Made by a program: the position numbers and the translations under genes. The notes under the pieces are model-generated. The model was given only the letters and a program-made list of their open reading frames with translations. It did no database searches and was not told the DNA's origin. From an uncultured Verrucomicrobiae bacterium (GTDB lineage Bacteria > Verrucomicrobiota > Verrucomicrobiia > Chthoniobacterales > JAFAMB01), in NCBI GenBank assembly GCA_963782115.1, contig CAWAIK010000003.1, positions 503,630 to 567,629 on the forward strand: a stretch of DNA of 64,000 nt. The letters run 5' to 3'. Positions 10,846 to 21,980 of the stretch are shown here, piece after piece (positions within the stretch are counted from its first letter, which is position 1; every line of letters starts with the position of its first letter).

Positions 10846-11346
10846 AGCGTGATTGATCTGTGTCTGAGCATGTACAATTGGGCGACTTTCGGCCAAACCA
10901 AGGGAGCGGTGAAATTGCATTTGCTTCTGGATCACGACGGTTACCTGCCAGTCTTCGCGCACCTGACCGAAGGAAACGTCTATGAGATGACCGTGGCTAA
11001 GAGCTTGAATTTTGCGAAGGGCACCGTTGTGGTCATGGATCGGGGCTATGTCGACTACAAACTCTTCGCCCGCTGGACCAAAGCCGGGATCTTTTTCGTA
11101 ACCAGACTCAAAGGGAACGCCAATTACTGGGACTTCCAAGATCGGCCTCTACCCAAGGGTGGCAACGTTTTGAAGGATCAGTTGATTCGGCTTAATCCGA
11201 TGAGCGCCGGAGCGCCCTGTCGAGAAGACTTGCGCCTGGTGACGGTCTGGGATGAGCGCAATCAATGTGAAGTTCGGCTGCTAACCAACCAACTGGAATT
11301 CGCAGCCAGCACGATTGCCGCCATTTACCGGGAACGCTGGCAGATT
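10846..11346 (+). mobile_element. IS4-family transposase, internal fragment
   Basis: KGAVKLHLLLD, VVMDRGYVDY, FFVTRLK, LLTN...IAAIYRERWQI; both ends missing. Confidence 0.85.
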
Positions 11347-11687
11347 ACAAATCAAGTATTAAACGAGTTATTTTACATCGGTCGGAACGCTAATGCGGTG
11401 AACAGTATCAGCAATCACAGTGATGAAGTTCATTGTCCTGGTTTTTGCGATCGCTGGACTGGACGTTCCTCTCTGAATCTACGGCACGCGCCGGTGTTAG
11501 CTTTGCCTTTGGATTCCCTATTCTAATCCCGTCTAGACAGGCGACGAACGGCATAGGGTCCCGAGAATATGAGAAAACCCGACGCCCGGTAAAGCAATCT
11601 CGGCACGGTCTCAACGGCGTGTTGCCCAAATAGGTAAGAAAGAACATCGATAGATAAAGTGACTACTTGATAAAATGCTGTTCCCAT

Positions 11688-12085
11688 GATCACGCGACGG
11701 GTGCCCGCCGGATTGTCGTAAATCGCGCCGATCAGTTCCTTCTGAAATGGGGGCGAGCTTCAGTCGCTGCCCGACGAACTTGCCCTCGGGGACAAAACAG
11801 GTTTGCTCAATGAACGCGATGATATCAGCCGCGGTGACTCGGTCGGAGACGACCGGCTTGCGTGCGTGCCTAGGCACGAGCTCGGATCTCCCATGGACGC
11901 GAGTCCGGAGCTTGCTCCGAACGGGAGCCGGCCGCACGCGGCCGCAACTGGGTGAGCAGGTAAGCGATGTTTTTGGCGATGACGCCGTGCTGGCTGGCGA
12001 GCGTGGCGGCCTCCTCGCCAGCGTCCCTGTCTTGCGCTCGCAGCTGACGGAGGCGAGTTTCCTGGCGTTGCGATATTGCGCCCTG
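11688..12085 (-). pseudogene. phage terminase remnant (possible small-subunit C-terminus plus large-subunit N-terminus)
   Basis: DIIAFIEQTCFVPEGKFVGQRLKLAP/FQKELIGAIYDNPAGTRRVI across a frameshift; upstream frame ends ...DSRPWEIRARA. Confidence 0.6.
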
Positions 12086-12168
12086 TGCCGTCTTTTGCTC
12101 CTTTGCTCCGCGTGCGCCGGGCTTGCGGGCGGCCTGACTGGTCGCCCCAAGCTTTGCCCGCGTCAGGT

Positions 12169-12942
12169 TTACTGTCCGGCGGCTTTGAGGATCAACCGCG
12201 TGATTTCCTCAGGGTGCGAGATCAGCGAGAGATGGCTGGCCTTCACCTCGATGGTTTGGGCGCCCATTCGCTTGGCCATGAAGCGCTCGAGGTCCGGATT
12301 GATGGTGCGGTCTTCCGTAGAAACGGCGTAGTAGCTGGGCTTGGATCGCCATGCCGCGTGCGTGGTCTTGCCGGTGAGCAGAGCCTTGTGGAATGGCTCC
12401 TGCACGGCATAGAGCACTTTCGCCTTTGCTTCCGGCAGGTCGCCGGCAAAGTCGCGCAGGAAAGCCTCTTCGGAAAGGCGTCCTTGATCGCCGTCGAATA
12501 CGATGCCGGCACTGGCCGGCGGCGTCGGATATGTCTTGGCCAGGGCCGTGTAATCCTCGCCCGCATCCGGCGCGCGCGCCGCCACATAGACCAGCGCCGA
12601 GACGTTCGGATGCACGCCGGCTTCGGTGACGATCATGCCGGAAAAGGAATGACCGACCAGAACTGTCGGGCCGTCCTGCCGCGCGAGCACGCTCTCGGCC
12701 GAAGCCACCGCCTCGGGCAGCGTGGTCAAGGGATTTTGCACGGAGGTGACGTTCAGTCCTGCCGCCTGCAAGCGCGGAATCACTTCTGACCAAGAGGAGC
12801 CGTCGGCGAACAGTCCGTGCACGAGCACGACGTTACGCGCCTTTTCCGCAGTTGCGTTTGCGGCCATGCCGCGTGTGGAGATCAATGAAGCTGCCGCACC
12901 GGCAAGCAGGGTCGTCGAGAAAACGCGTCTATTCATCATCAT
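12169..12942 (-). CDS. Tat-exported alpha/beta hydrolase
   Basis: NRRVF Tat motif; VLVHGLFADGSSW; GHSFSG nucleophile elbow; ASHLSLISHP. Confidence 0.9.
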   Translation of the reverse strand: MMMNRRVFSTTLLAGAAASLISTRGMAANATAEKARNVVLVHGLFADGSSWSEVIPRLQAAGLNVTSVQNPLTTLPEAVASAESVLARQDGPTVLVGHSFSGMIVTEAGVHPNVSALVYVAARAPDAGEDYTALAKTYPTPPASAGIVFDGDQGRLSEEAFLRDFAGDLPEAKAKVLYAVQEPFHKALLTGKTTHAAWRSKPSYYAVSTEDRTINPDLERFMAKRMGAQTIEVKASHLSLISHPEEITRLILKAAGQ

Positions 12943-12955
12943 GATTCTCTTCCTT
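12889..12955. repeat. 67-bp direct repeat, copy 1 (RBS and Tat leader)
   Basis: 65/67 identical to 13923-13989. Confidence 0.9.
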
Positions 12956-12986
12956 CATCGTAAGGGTTGAGTTGGGAGTGTCTTCG

Positions 12987-13976
12987 CTACGCAGCGCGGG
13001 AGCCGCGCTGTGGTGCCGTCGTCCACTGCCAATCTGCCGGCAGCCAGCGGTAAGCGCTCCCCTCGCGCACGACGTGCCCGAAACCAGGGAAGGGTAAATG
13101 GTAGCTACCGACCAGGGTCTTGTCGGCCGCTGCGCGGTCGAGGAAGGCCATGCGCGCCTTAGTTCCCATTGGCGCGTCTATGTCGAACCCGAACGGCCAT
13201 TCCGGATGCAGGAAGCTAACCTCTGAGTCGAACACGACGTCGCTGGTGAGGAGCATTTCTTCGCTGCCGGAACTGATGTGCACCGACATGTGGCCTGGCG
13301 TGTGACCGGCCGTGTCGAAAGTGGTGACGCCGGGCACCACTTCCGCTCCGGCCTTGATTTGGCGCAGGCGGGGGCTGGCCAATTTCAGATTCGTCTGGGT
13401 AACCACCGGCTGTTGCTTGGCGGACACTTTGCTGGGCAGTTCGGGATCGCTCCAGAAGGCGAACTCAGCCTCGCTCGCGACGAATTCGGCCGACGGGAAC
13501 AGCAGCGACGCGTTCTTGCCATCGCTGATGCCCCACAGGTGGTCGAAATGGAAGTGAGTGAACAGGATCATGTCGATATCGCCCGGCGCGTAGCCCGCGG
13601 CGGCGAGGTTGCCAAGCAACCTGCCGGTCGTATTCTGGAATTTGTCGACGCCGCAGCCTGCGTCGATCAACATCAGCTTGTCGCCAGTGTTGACGAGGGT
13701 GGTGTTGATTTGCACCACTTCCGGCCGAGACGTGTGGAACGTGGATGTGAGCAGGCCTCTTGCGTCCTCGGCCCGATCGCCCCACGGCGTTTCCGTCGGG
13801 AACGCGAGCGTGCCGTCGCTGACGACGGTGATCTCGATGGTGCCGAGTTTGAAGCGGTAGAAGCCAGGCTGCGCCCGCTTGCCCGCTTCGGGCGCATGGG
13901 CGAGGGCAGTGGGGGCGACTGCAGCTGCCGCACCGGCAAGCAGGGCCGTCGAGAAAACGCGTCTGTTCATCATCAT
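12987..13976 (-). CDS. Tat-exported MBL-fold metallo-hydrolase
   Basis: NRRVF Tat motif; THFHFDH; GHTPGH; YHLPFPGFGHV. Confidence 0.9.
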   Translation of the reverse strand: MMMNRRVFSTALLAGAAAAVAPTALAHAPEAGKRAQPGFYRFKLGTIEITVVSDGTLAFPTETPWGDRAEDARGLLTSTFHTSRPEVVQINTTLVNTGDKLMLIDAGCGVDKFQNTTGRLLGNLAAAGYAPGDIDMILFTHFHFDHLWGISDGKNASLLFPSAEFVASEAEFAFWSDPELPSKVSAKQQPVVTQTNLKLASPRLRQIKAGAEVVPGVTTFDTAGHTPGHMSVHISSGSEEMLLTSDVVFDSEVSFLHPEWPFGFDIDAPMGTKARMAFLDRAAADKTLVGSYHLPFPGFGHVVREGSAYRWLPADWQWTTAPQRGSRAA

Positions 13977-13989
13977 GATTCTCTTCCTT
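13923..13989. repeat. 67-bp direct repeat, copy 2 (RBS and Tat leader)
   Basis: 65/67 identical to 12889-12955. Confidence 0.9.
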
Positions 13990-14093
13990 TCATAACTTCT
14001 CCTATTCAACGTGTTGGTTGGTGACCCGTCGAGCGAGCATCCTGAACCTTGCGTGTCTGCTTCTCGCCGCGGTCTCCATCGCCATCAATCTAG

Positions 14094-15467
14094 TATTACT
14101 CTGTTAAGTAGAATCATCGATCTTCTCCGGGAATGTCGAATGGCAATAGGGACAGTGTCCGGTCGATCTCAGTAGCCACGGCCGGATCGCTTCCAGGATC
14201 TTCTCCAACGTCAGACCAGAAGTTTTTTTTTGCCGCAAGGTAGGTTGTCAAGATGAATAGGTAGGCGATGGCGCTCATCACAAGATGGTGATGAAAGCCC
14301 CGCCAAGAGCGGCCCTCGTAATGATCTAATCCCAGGTCATCTTTGGATCGTTGGAAATATTGTTCACGTGCCATCGGGAACGGCTAAGTTTTAAGCAAAG
14401 CGCTTTGGAAGGCTCGCGATGGAAGTGCGCCAGGTAACAATGGTAAGGCTCTTTGGCTCCCTTGGGCCAATCGACCACCAACCAAAGCTTCTCCAGCTGG
14501 CCCTGTGGTTCCTTAAGTCCGCGCGCAAGGAAAACCTCTTGCCAAGCTATACGGGTGTGTTGTCTTGCTCCCGTAGCGGTTTTCCACCAACAATGCCTCC
14601 ATGCCTCTGCCGGTAGAGAAGCCGCAATCTCAAGAAGGTTGCGTGCGTTCTGGGAGGTCTCTTGGTCCACGATGCGGTATTTGCCTTTGAGGGTCGTGGG
14701 CACCTCTTGGATCCAGGCTTTGTGTTCCTCGGGAGTCACCTGCAAGAAAAACTCCAAGTTGAGTTCGCGCAGGTGTGCGCGGAACGCAAAGCCGTTGCCA
14801 TAGGCCGCGTCACCCAGCACTGGAGCAGGGACGACTTGATCGGCAAGCGCCTGTTCGATCAAAGTTAGGGCGATTTCATTTTTGGTGGCAAATCCCACAT
14901 CGGGAGGCACCCCGGCCTTAGCGCAGCGTTGGGGATCATCAATCCAGCTTTGCGGCAAGTATAGTCGACCGCCCACCGGCGCTGCCACGAAACCGTCACT
15001 GACTACCAGTTCAACGCTTACCTGACAATTGGCCTGCTTACCGACAGCCCCGCAATATTGATGAGCGACTCCTACCGAATTCTTGCCCTGTTTGAGCCAG
15101 CCGGTTTCGTCGACAATCCAGGCCTCAATGGGTTCGAAGTGCGGCACCACTTCTCGGCGAATTACTCGCCACAGTTCGGTCTCGTCCCAAGGACTATCGG
15201 CCATAAATTGCTGGAGCCGTTGCGCCTCGATACCCAGTCTTGCCGCCATCGGTTCGATTGACTTACGTTGACCAGGCATAAGCAGGCCCTGCACGTAATT
15301 GGTGGCAGCCGTGCGTCGTTCGCTGCGCCCCAGCGGCGCGGCTAGCGGGATCATAAAGGCTTTGAAGCGCTCAATACTTTGCCGCCACAGCCTGGCATTC
15401 CACTCCATGCCCCGCAATATTGCGAAAACCGCAGCCAGTTGGCAAGAAAATACTTAACACAGTAATA
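14094..15467 (-). mobile_element. IS701-family insertion sequence
   Basis: TIRs TATTACTCTGTTAAGTA / TATTACTGTGTTAAGTA, each flanked by CTAG. Confidence 0.9.
14114..15408 (-). pseudogene. IS701 transposase, frameshifted
   Basis: RKSIEPMA, VDETGWLKQG, QYCGAVGKQANCQ, GDAAYG; a 1-nt shift near 14367 separates RWH from EQYFQRSKDDLGLDHYEGRSW. Confidence 0.88.
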
Positions 15468-15534
15468 CTAGGCGCGGCCGGGTCATTCGAAAAATGAATT
15501 GATTGACTACACTTTATTCTGCTATGGAATTCGC

Positions 15535-16416
15535 ATGGAGCTTCGGACGCTGCGCGTTTTCGTCGAGGTCGTGCGGCAGGGCGGCTTCTCGCGGGCCGCC
15601 AAAACCGTGTTCGCGACACAGTCGACGGTCAGCAAGGCGGTCAAGCAACTCGAGGACGAGATTGGGGTGCCGCTGCTCGATCGCATCGGCCATCGCAGCA
15701 AGCTCACAGCCGCGGGCGAGATCGTCTACCAGCGGGCCCAGCGCATCCTCGCGGAGCGGGACGATCTCATGAGCGAGCTGGATGAAGTCCGAGGATTGAA
15801 GCGCGGCTTGCTTCGACTTGGCCTCCCTCCGATGGTGAGCAGTACGTTGTTCGCGCCGCTGTTGGCAATATATCGGAAGCGCTACCCTGGCGTTGAGATT
15901 CGACTCGTTGAAAATGGTATCGACCGCTTGGAGGAAATTCTGGCCGCCGGTGATATTGATTTTGCTGCTTCAATCATCCCCGTCGCAGAAGGACTCGAAT
16001 GGCAAAGCGTAAAGCTCGATCCCTTGATGGTGCTGGTTCCACGGGAATTCGCTGCAAGGAAGAAGTCTATCGATCTGACCGACTTAAAGCAGATGCCCTT
16101 CATCCTGTTCGAATCCGGCTTCGCGATAAGTCGTATAGTAGTTGACGCATGTAGACGAGCTGGCTTTGAGCCGACGGTCGCTACACGCAGCAGCCAGCTC
16201 GATCTCATCTTGGAGCTCGTCGCTGCCGGCGTCGGAATCGCTTTTCTCCCCAAGATGGTCGCCGAGCAGTGGCGTCACCCCGGCTCGCGTAGCCTGCTAA
16301 TTGTTAATCCGAAAATCGAGCGGCACATCGCGATGACTTGGCGCCGAGGAGCCTTGCTTTCTCATGCAGCAAAGGTCTGGCTCACGCTCGTGCGCGAAAA
16401 GCACAGTGGCGCCTGA
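15535..16416 (+). CDS. LysR-family transcriptional regulator
   Basis: MELRTLRVF...GGFSRAA...TQSTVSKAVKQLEDEIG. Confidence 0.93.
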   Translation: MELRTLRVFVEVVRQGGFSRAAKTVFATQSTVSKAVKQLEDEIGVPLLDRIGHRSKLTAAGEIVYQRAQRILAERDDLMSELDEVRGLKRGLLRLGLPPMVSSTLFAPLLAIYRKRYPGVEIRLVENGIDRLEEILAAGDIDFAASIIPVAEGLEWQSVKLDPLMVLVPREFAARKKSIDLTDLKQMPFILFESGFAISRIVVDACRRAGFEPTVATRSSQLDLILELVAAGVGIAFLPKMVAEQWRHPGSRSLLIVNPKIERHIAMTWRRGALLSHAAKVWLTLVREKHSGA

Positions 16417-16862
16417 AGGCACTAGCGAAACAGGTCGGCGGGACGTCGGCATTTTTCAACACCTCATTGCGTTTGCAGCCCGGCGCTAAGCTCCCAACCA
16501 GAAACCGCCCCTGGCTGCTCGAACCTCTAATTCAACGATACCGCAGCGCGCTCTTTCATAGTTAGCATTTTAGGGTCGAGAATGCGGCGCCATCACAGTC
16601 GCCCTGCATGCGATCGCATCTCGGATTGCTGCCGAGCCAGCCACTCAATCCGAAGTTAAGAAGTCGGTCTCAATAACTCGCCGATGTGAATTGTTGTGAG
16701 CCTCGAGCCCCGCCGCCTGCAATCGCGCGATCACTTCGGACTAGCACGCGCCGAAGAGCACGAGCACGACGTTGTTGGGGTGCTCACACGAAAGCGGAAA
16801 AAACTGAGCACATTCGAAAGTTCGGGTCTGCGTCGATAAAACGTCACAACGCTTATGTAGTG

Positions 16863-17705
16863 TCACTTTGATCGGAAAAATTCATCGAGCGTACCTCGTT
16901 CCTGCCCCTTATTCTCTATATCGGTAGCAAGCCGATCGTAGAGTTGAGCGGCTCCCTCAAATATCATGGCCGCCGCCTTATCCTCATTCAAAAAGGTGGC
17001 AATCTCCCGCATTTCCGCAACCCACCGGTAAGCTTTCGGATACATGTCGGGTATCCCTATCTCAAATCTAGAGAGCAACTGCGGCAAACTCTCGCCCAGC
17101 TCACGATATAATTCTCTCGAAGCACCTGACCGGGAGGCGGCCAGCAGCATCGCGGCAGCAATTGCCGTAAGGCCTTTGCTGATACCCGCGTACGACATCT
17201 TCAGAGCAGCAGCGGCTCCGATCGGACCATCGATTTGTCTCAGATCAAGGCCCAGCGTACGAAGTACGGATGCGCGGCCGCTCTTCTCGCCACTGACGTA
17301 AAACCTTGGGCCTTTCTCGCCCGGCTGTGCCGGAGAGCCTATAATAGCCCCGTCGATCACATCGCACCCCGTTTGTGCAAGCGTAACAGCGACCTGTGTC
17401 TTGGTTTCCGGACTCAGGGCATTGCAATCGATAAAAACTGGCTTGTGGCGGCTTTCCCTAAGGAGCGTCACAAATCCCTTTGCCAGAGCGACAGCCTCGC
17501 CAGGCGGTACGATTGAAAGGATGATATCTGCGGTGGTAATCGTTTCTGGAGAGACGTCTTCCATCCCCGCTGCGCGGGCCCTTTCGACTGTGGCTGCACT
17601 ACGACCATCGAGTGATGTCAGCACGCGCGCGCCATGCTCTGCGAGGCGCGCTGATATAGCACTCCCCATGGCACCCGGAGAATGGATAGCAATAACGAGG
17701 TTCAT
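16863..17705 (-). CDS. NAD(P)-dependent oxidoreductase, 6-phosphogluconate/3-hydroxyisobutyrate dehydrogenase-like
   Basis: SPGAMGSA, ALKMSYAGISKG, KAYRWVAEMREIA. Confidence 0.85.
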   Translation of the reverse strand: MNLVIAIHSPGAMGSAISARLAEHGARVLTSLDGRSAATVERARAAGMEDVSPETITTADIILSIVPPGEAVALAKGFVTLLRESRHKPVFIDCNALSPETKTQVAVTLAQTGCDVIDGAIIGSPAQPGEKGPRFYVSGEKSGRASVLRTLGLDLRQIDGPIGAAAALKMSYAGISKGLTAIAAAMLLAASRSGASRELYRELGESLPQLLSRFEIGIPDMYPKAYRWVAEMREIATFLNEDKAAAMIFEGAAQLYDRLATDIENKGQERGTLDEFFRSK

Positions 17706-18070
17706 GCAGGAACAATCATAGAACATTTGGTATCATCAAATAAAACAACCTCTTTTTAGCGTCGACGGGCGACCGAAGTTGCCTTCCCAATGCATCCCCT
17801 TTCTGTGGCGCCAGCCACTGAGCGAACAATGTATCTTGGCCGGTCAACCCGGCAGACTCCTTCGATGCATAACATCAGCCAACGGGTTCTAATCTAAAAT
17901 AGAGGACGGCATCGAGGGCCGGTTGTAGATCTCCTCTCCCTAAAGCTCCGACTTGGTGGCGACGGGACTCCATTATTTACGACTGTGCAGAGGAGGAGAC
18001 GTCGCCGAAAATCCGCGTTGGGACTCTTAAGCTGCTTTCCTTTCCGACTGATTTGGCGGACGGTGGCGCA

Positions 18071-18290
18071 TATGTCGAAGGTCTTTAAAGTATCTAGAAA
18101 CTTCACAATACGTGGAGCAAAATTGATCCATGCTGATTTCGCGGAGCAGGCTATTGCCATCGCCACAGCAGAGGATCATCCGGAGTTTTTCGAGGGACGC
18201 TTGGGATCCAACATCGGTCACGATGTATGGACGCACGTTGGAAGAGTTTCTTCTGATAATGAAGATTTTAGGGCTGAGGAGGTTTCGTAA
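18071..18290 (+). CDS. small hypothetical protein
   Basis: 72-codon ORF from ATG; no motif. Confidence 0.3.
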
Positions 18291-18395
18291 TAATCTCCAA
18301 TAGTCCGTATTTCCCCGCGATAATTTGCATTCGGAGAGCCGGGCAAAATCCTTTGGCTCCCTAATGTTCACTTAAACGCTCTGGGAAAAGAACTG

Positions 18396-18958
18396 GGGAT
18401 CAGCCGTTCGCCTATGACTTAAACGTGATTACAGGGGAGGTCGTGACACCCTGCTCTGTAATCACGCTAAAGTCATAAGGCAACGGCTGACCCGAATGGC
18501 GCGAAGATAAGGGCGATTTGGGATGGTTCTTCACCCCGAAGGGGTCGAGAGGACTCAGCCCGGGGTTTCAACCCGGATCTTTGTACACAAATCGGAGAAA
18601 CGGAGGATACCTGGAAAGCATCGCTTGATGGTGCGAACAATACAGGCTGGAAGCCTATACTACATTGCTTTCCGGAGTGTCGAGCGATCTCTGGAGGACA
18701 TCCTGGCGCAATCTCCGCGAACCCACGGCAACCACGCGACGGCGTAAAGTAGCACAGGCTTCCAGCCTGTATTTTGTTCGCACCGGCGAGCGATGCTTTT
18801 CCAGCGATAGTGGCGCTGGGCGACCGCTTCCCGCCGACAAAATTGTGTATAATGATCAGGGTGGAAACCCTGAAATCTATCGCCACTTCGAGGCAAGAAA
18901 CCATCCCAAACCCTGCTTAACTTCGCGCCATTCACGGCTGACCCCACGGCTGACCCCC
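18396..18958. repeat. cluster of palindromic REP-like elements
   Basis: Inverted pair ACAGGCTGGAAGCCT at ~18642 and AGGCTTCCAGCCTGT at ~18756; CCCGGGGTTTCAACCCGG; CAGGGTGGAAACCCTG; several ACGGCTGACCCC copies. Confidence 0.6.
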
Positions 18959-19886
18959 TAATTTGGTTTCCGGCTAGATCCAATCGCCTCGATGATGAAA
19001 TCCAAAAAGGCGCGGACTTTGGCCGGCGGAAGATTCTTAGATTAGAAGGGTGCAGTGCATAGAGCGGGAATAATTCATCCGTCCAATCGGGAAAAAGATT
19101 CACCAGAATCCCGCTCGCCAACATCGATTCGGCTCCCAGCTCGAATACTTGAGCGACACCGCATCCGGCGGCGCAAAGTCCAAGCTGGGTCGCAGCATCG
19201 TTCAACACCAAACGGCCGTTGACCGGGACCGTGATTATTTTTTTTCCGCGATGAAATTCCCATGGAAATGGACGACCGGTCGACGGATCGCGAAAAAGAA
19301 TGCATTCGTGACGGCCGTTCGCCAGTTCGATCGCCTGATTCGGGCGTCCGCACTCTTTTAAATAGGATGGAGAAGCACAGGTCAGGACCCGAACCTGTAA
19401 AATCCGCCTTCCGATCAGCGTTGAAGGCTCCGGTTCACCAAAACGCACGGCGAAATCAAATCCTTCAGCCACTGGATCACCGAGCCGATCCCGCACCGCA
19501 ATTTCTAGTGACAGCCCGGGATGCGTCTTCAGAAAACGACCGAGATGAGGAGCCAGAATTAATCGAGCAAAAGTTGGGTCAACATTAACACGCAATCGGC
19601 CGCGAACCGTCGTCGCAGATTGTCCGGCATCGATAGCGGCAGCTTCCAGGCCCGCCAGTAACGGAGCGACTTCCTGATAAAATTGTTTTCCTTCGTTCGT
19701 TAAAGTCACCGCTTTGGGTGTCCGGTCGAGCAACCGCACCCCCAGTTGTTGTTCGAGGCGTAGCATAGCGCGACTCACTCCGGATTGGGTCAATCCAAGC
19801 GCTTCCCCAGCCCGAACAAAATTGCCGGCTTCCACGATCGCCGCCAGCACGTTGAGACCATTTAGAAGGCGGGTATCAAAACTCAT
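18958..19886 (-). pseudogene. LysR-family regulator, frameshifted near the C-terminus
   Basis: HTH GNFVRAGEALGLTQSGVS; a TCTAA duplication at ~19040 shifts ...LPPAKVRAFLDF out of frame; divergent from the NmrA gene. Confidence 0.85.
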
Positions 19887-19963
19887 GACAATGATTATAA
19901 ATCATTCTCAATATGAGAAACATGCAATTTTGAAATGATCAATCGAACTTAGATTCAGGCTGT

Positions 19964-20842
19964 ATGAAAAGCAGAAATCTCTATGCCATTACGGGAATCA
20001 ACGGCAAGATCGGTGGTGTTCTGGCGCGCACTCTTCTTGCCGCCGATCAACCGGTCCGTGCTGTGGTGCGCGACGCTGACAAAGGGGGCGTCTGGGCGGC
20101 TCAGGGGTGTGAGGTAGCTCTGGCAGAAATGCATGACGACGTCGCATTAACCGCAGCCTTCGAGGGAGCTGAAGCTGCTTTTGTGTTGCCGCCACCGAAT
20201 TTCGATCCGGCGCCCGGCTTCCCGGAAGCGCGCGACTTTGCCATTGTGACACGGAATGCTCTGGTCTCCTCGAATATTTCAAAAGTGGTCTACCTGTCGA
20301 CGATCGGCGCCCCGGCAACCAAGGAAAACCTGCTTACTCAGCACACCATCTCTGAAGCAATATTTCGTACCCTGCCGATCCCGGTTACCTTTTTCAGACC
20401 GGCTTGGTTCATGGAGAATTCAAGCTGGGATGTCGCTCCAGCTCGCGACAACGGGGTGATTCCGAGCTTTCTCCAACCGCTCGATAAACCGGTGCCGATG
20501 GTTGCTACAATCGATATAGGATATATGGCGGCTCGGTTGCTTCGGGAAACGTGGACCGGACACCGAATCGTTGAGCTGCAAGGACCAAATCGGGTGACAC
20601 CGCACGAGATCGCAACCACTTTCTCAAAGGTTCTTGACCGCCCCGTTCGAGCGGAAGAGGTGCCCCATGAAACCTGGAAAAGCTTGTTCGAATCTCAGGG
20701 CATGAAAAATCCGGGGCCACGGATTCGAATGCTGGACGGATTCAACGAAGGTTGGATCGAATTTGAAGGCGCTTCTATCAAGGGCTCGACCGAAATCGAG
20801 ACCGTCTTAAGAAAACTCGTCGAACAGCAAAGCAACTTATGA
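19964..20842 (+). CDS. NmrA-family NAD(P)-binding protein
   Basis: ITGINGKIG, FRPAWFMEN, PMVATIDIG. Confidence 0.88.
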   Translation: MKSRNLYAITGINGKIGGVLARTLLAADQPVRAVVRDADKGGVWAAQGCEVALAEMHDDVALTAAFEGAEAAFVLPPPNFDPAPGFPEARDFAIVTRNALVSSNISKVVYLSTIGAPATKENLLTQHTISEAIFRTLPIPVTFFRPAWFMENSSWDVAPARDNGVIPSFLQPLDKPVPMVATIDIGYMAARLLRETWTGHRIVELQGPNRVTPHEIATTFSKVLDRPVRAEEVPHETWKSLFESQGMKNPGPRIRMLDGFNEGWIEFEGASIKGSTEIETVLRKLVEQQSNL

Positions 20843-20868
20843 ATTATCGGCATCCTTCCAACATCATC

Positions 20869-21642
20869 ATGAGCACGCAAAATATCACTTCAACCAACAC
20901 CCATAAACTCAGCGGCAAGACCGCTATCGTCACCGGAGCCTCCAAAGGTATTGGAGCTTCGATTGCCAAACATCTAGCCGCCGCAGGTGCGGCGGTCGTC
21001 GTCAATTACTCCTCCAGCAAAGAAGGCGCGGACAAGGTCGTAGCCGACATAGCGGCTGCCGGCGGCAAAGCAATTGCCGTGCAGGCGAACGTCGCCAATA
21101 AGGCGGAAATCGAGCGACTCTTTGCGGAATCAAAGGAGGCGTTTGGTCAACTCGACATTCTGGTAAACAACGCCGGAATCTATGGAATCGCACCCCTCGG
21201 CCAGATCACGGACGAACATTTCCACCGTTTGTTTGATCTTAACGTGCTGGGTCTTATTCTTACCACCCAGGAAGCGCTCAATCATTTCGGACCTGAGGGT
21301 GGCAGCATTATCAACATCAGCTCGATTGTCAGCGCTTCATCGCCTGCCGATCAATCAGTTTACAATGCAACCAAATCGGCCGTGGACGGGCTGACTCGGA
21401 CCTTTGCGAAGGAACTTGGCCAGCGAAAAATTCGCGTCAATTCAATCAATCCCGGCCCGATTGAAACCGAGGGCACACATTCCACGGGATTCATCGATCG
21501 CTTCCAAACGCTCATCCCGACTATTCCGCTCGGCAGAATTGGTCAACCGCAGGATATCGCACCGGGCGTGGTCTTCCTCGCCTCATCTGAGTCGGAATGG
21601 ATGACTGGTGAAACGCTCTACGTCACGGGCGGGCTCCGTTAA
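20869..21642 (+). CDS. SDR-family oxidoreductase
   Basis: TGASKGIG, NNAG, YNATK, VNSINPG. Confidence 0.93.
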   Translation: MSTQNITSTNTHKLSGKTAIVTGASKGIGASIAKHLAAAGAAVVVNYSSSKEGADKVVADIAAAGGKAIAVQANVANKAEIERLFAESKEAFGQLDILVNNAGIYGIAPLGQITDEHFHRLFDLNVLGLILTTQEALNHFGPEGGSIINISSIVSASSPADQSVYNATKSAVDGLTRTFAKELGQRKIRVNSINPGPIETEGTHSTGFIDRFQTLIPTIPLGRIGQPQDIAPGVVFLASSESEWMTGETLYVTGGLR

Positions 21643-21980
21643 TTTCACACCCTAATCGTCAAAAACTTCTAATGCATGATACTCTTCGCTACTCATAACT
21701 TTGCTCGTCGCTAGCGTTGGACAAGTGCGCTCCACCAACGTGTGAGTTTCTCTTCTCCTCTCACTTCAACGCGCGTACCTTTCGGCGCCGAGGAAATGGA
21801 GGATTTGTCACGATGGGGGTCAGCCGTTACGGCTGACCCCTCCCGATTGGACACTAGTGCTGATCAATGCGACCATGAACGCGCTAAAAGCAGCAGCATC
21901 GCCGACATCTGACCGGTCATCGGCCAACAATTCGGACCAAATCAGCGGCTTGGCTTCCGCAGGTTCCCGTGATTTCTAAA

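Noticed and set aside
11688..12085. Prophage
   Set aside because: Only a short frameshifted terminase remnant; no other phage genes in the window.
18660..18957. C-terminal extension of a 408-aa LysR
   Set aside because: Out-of-frame read-through into a palindromic repeat cluster after a 5-bp duplication.
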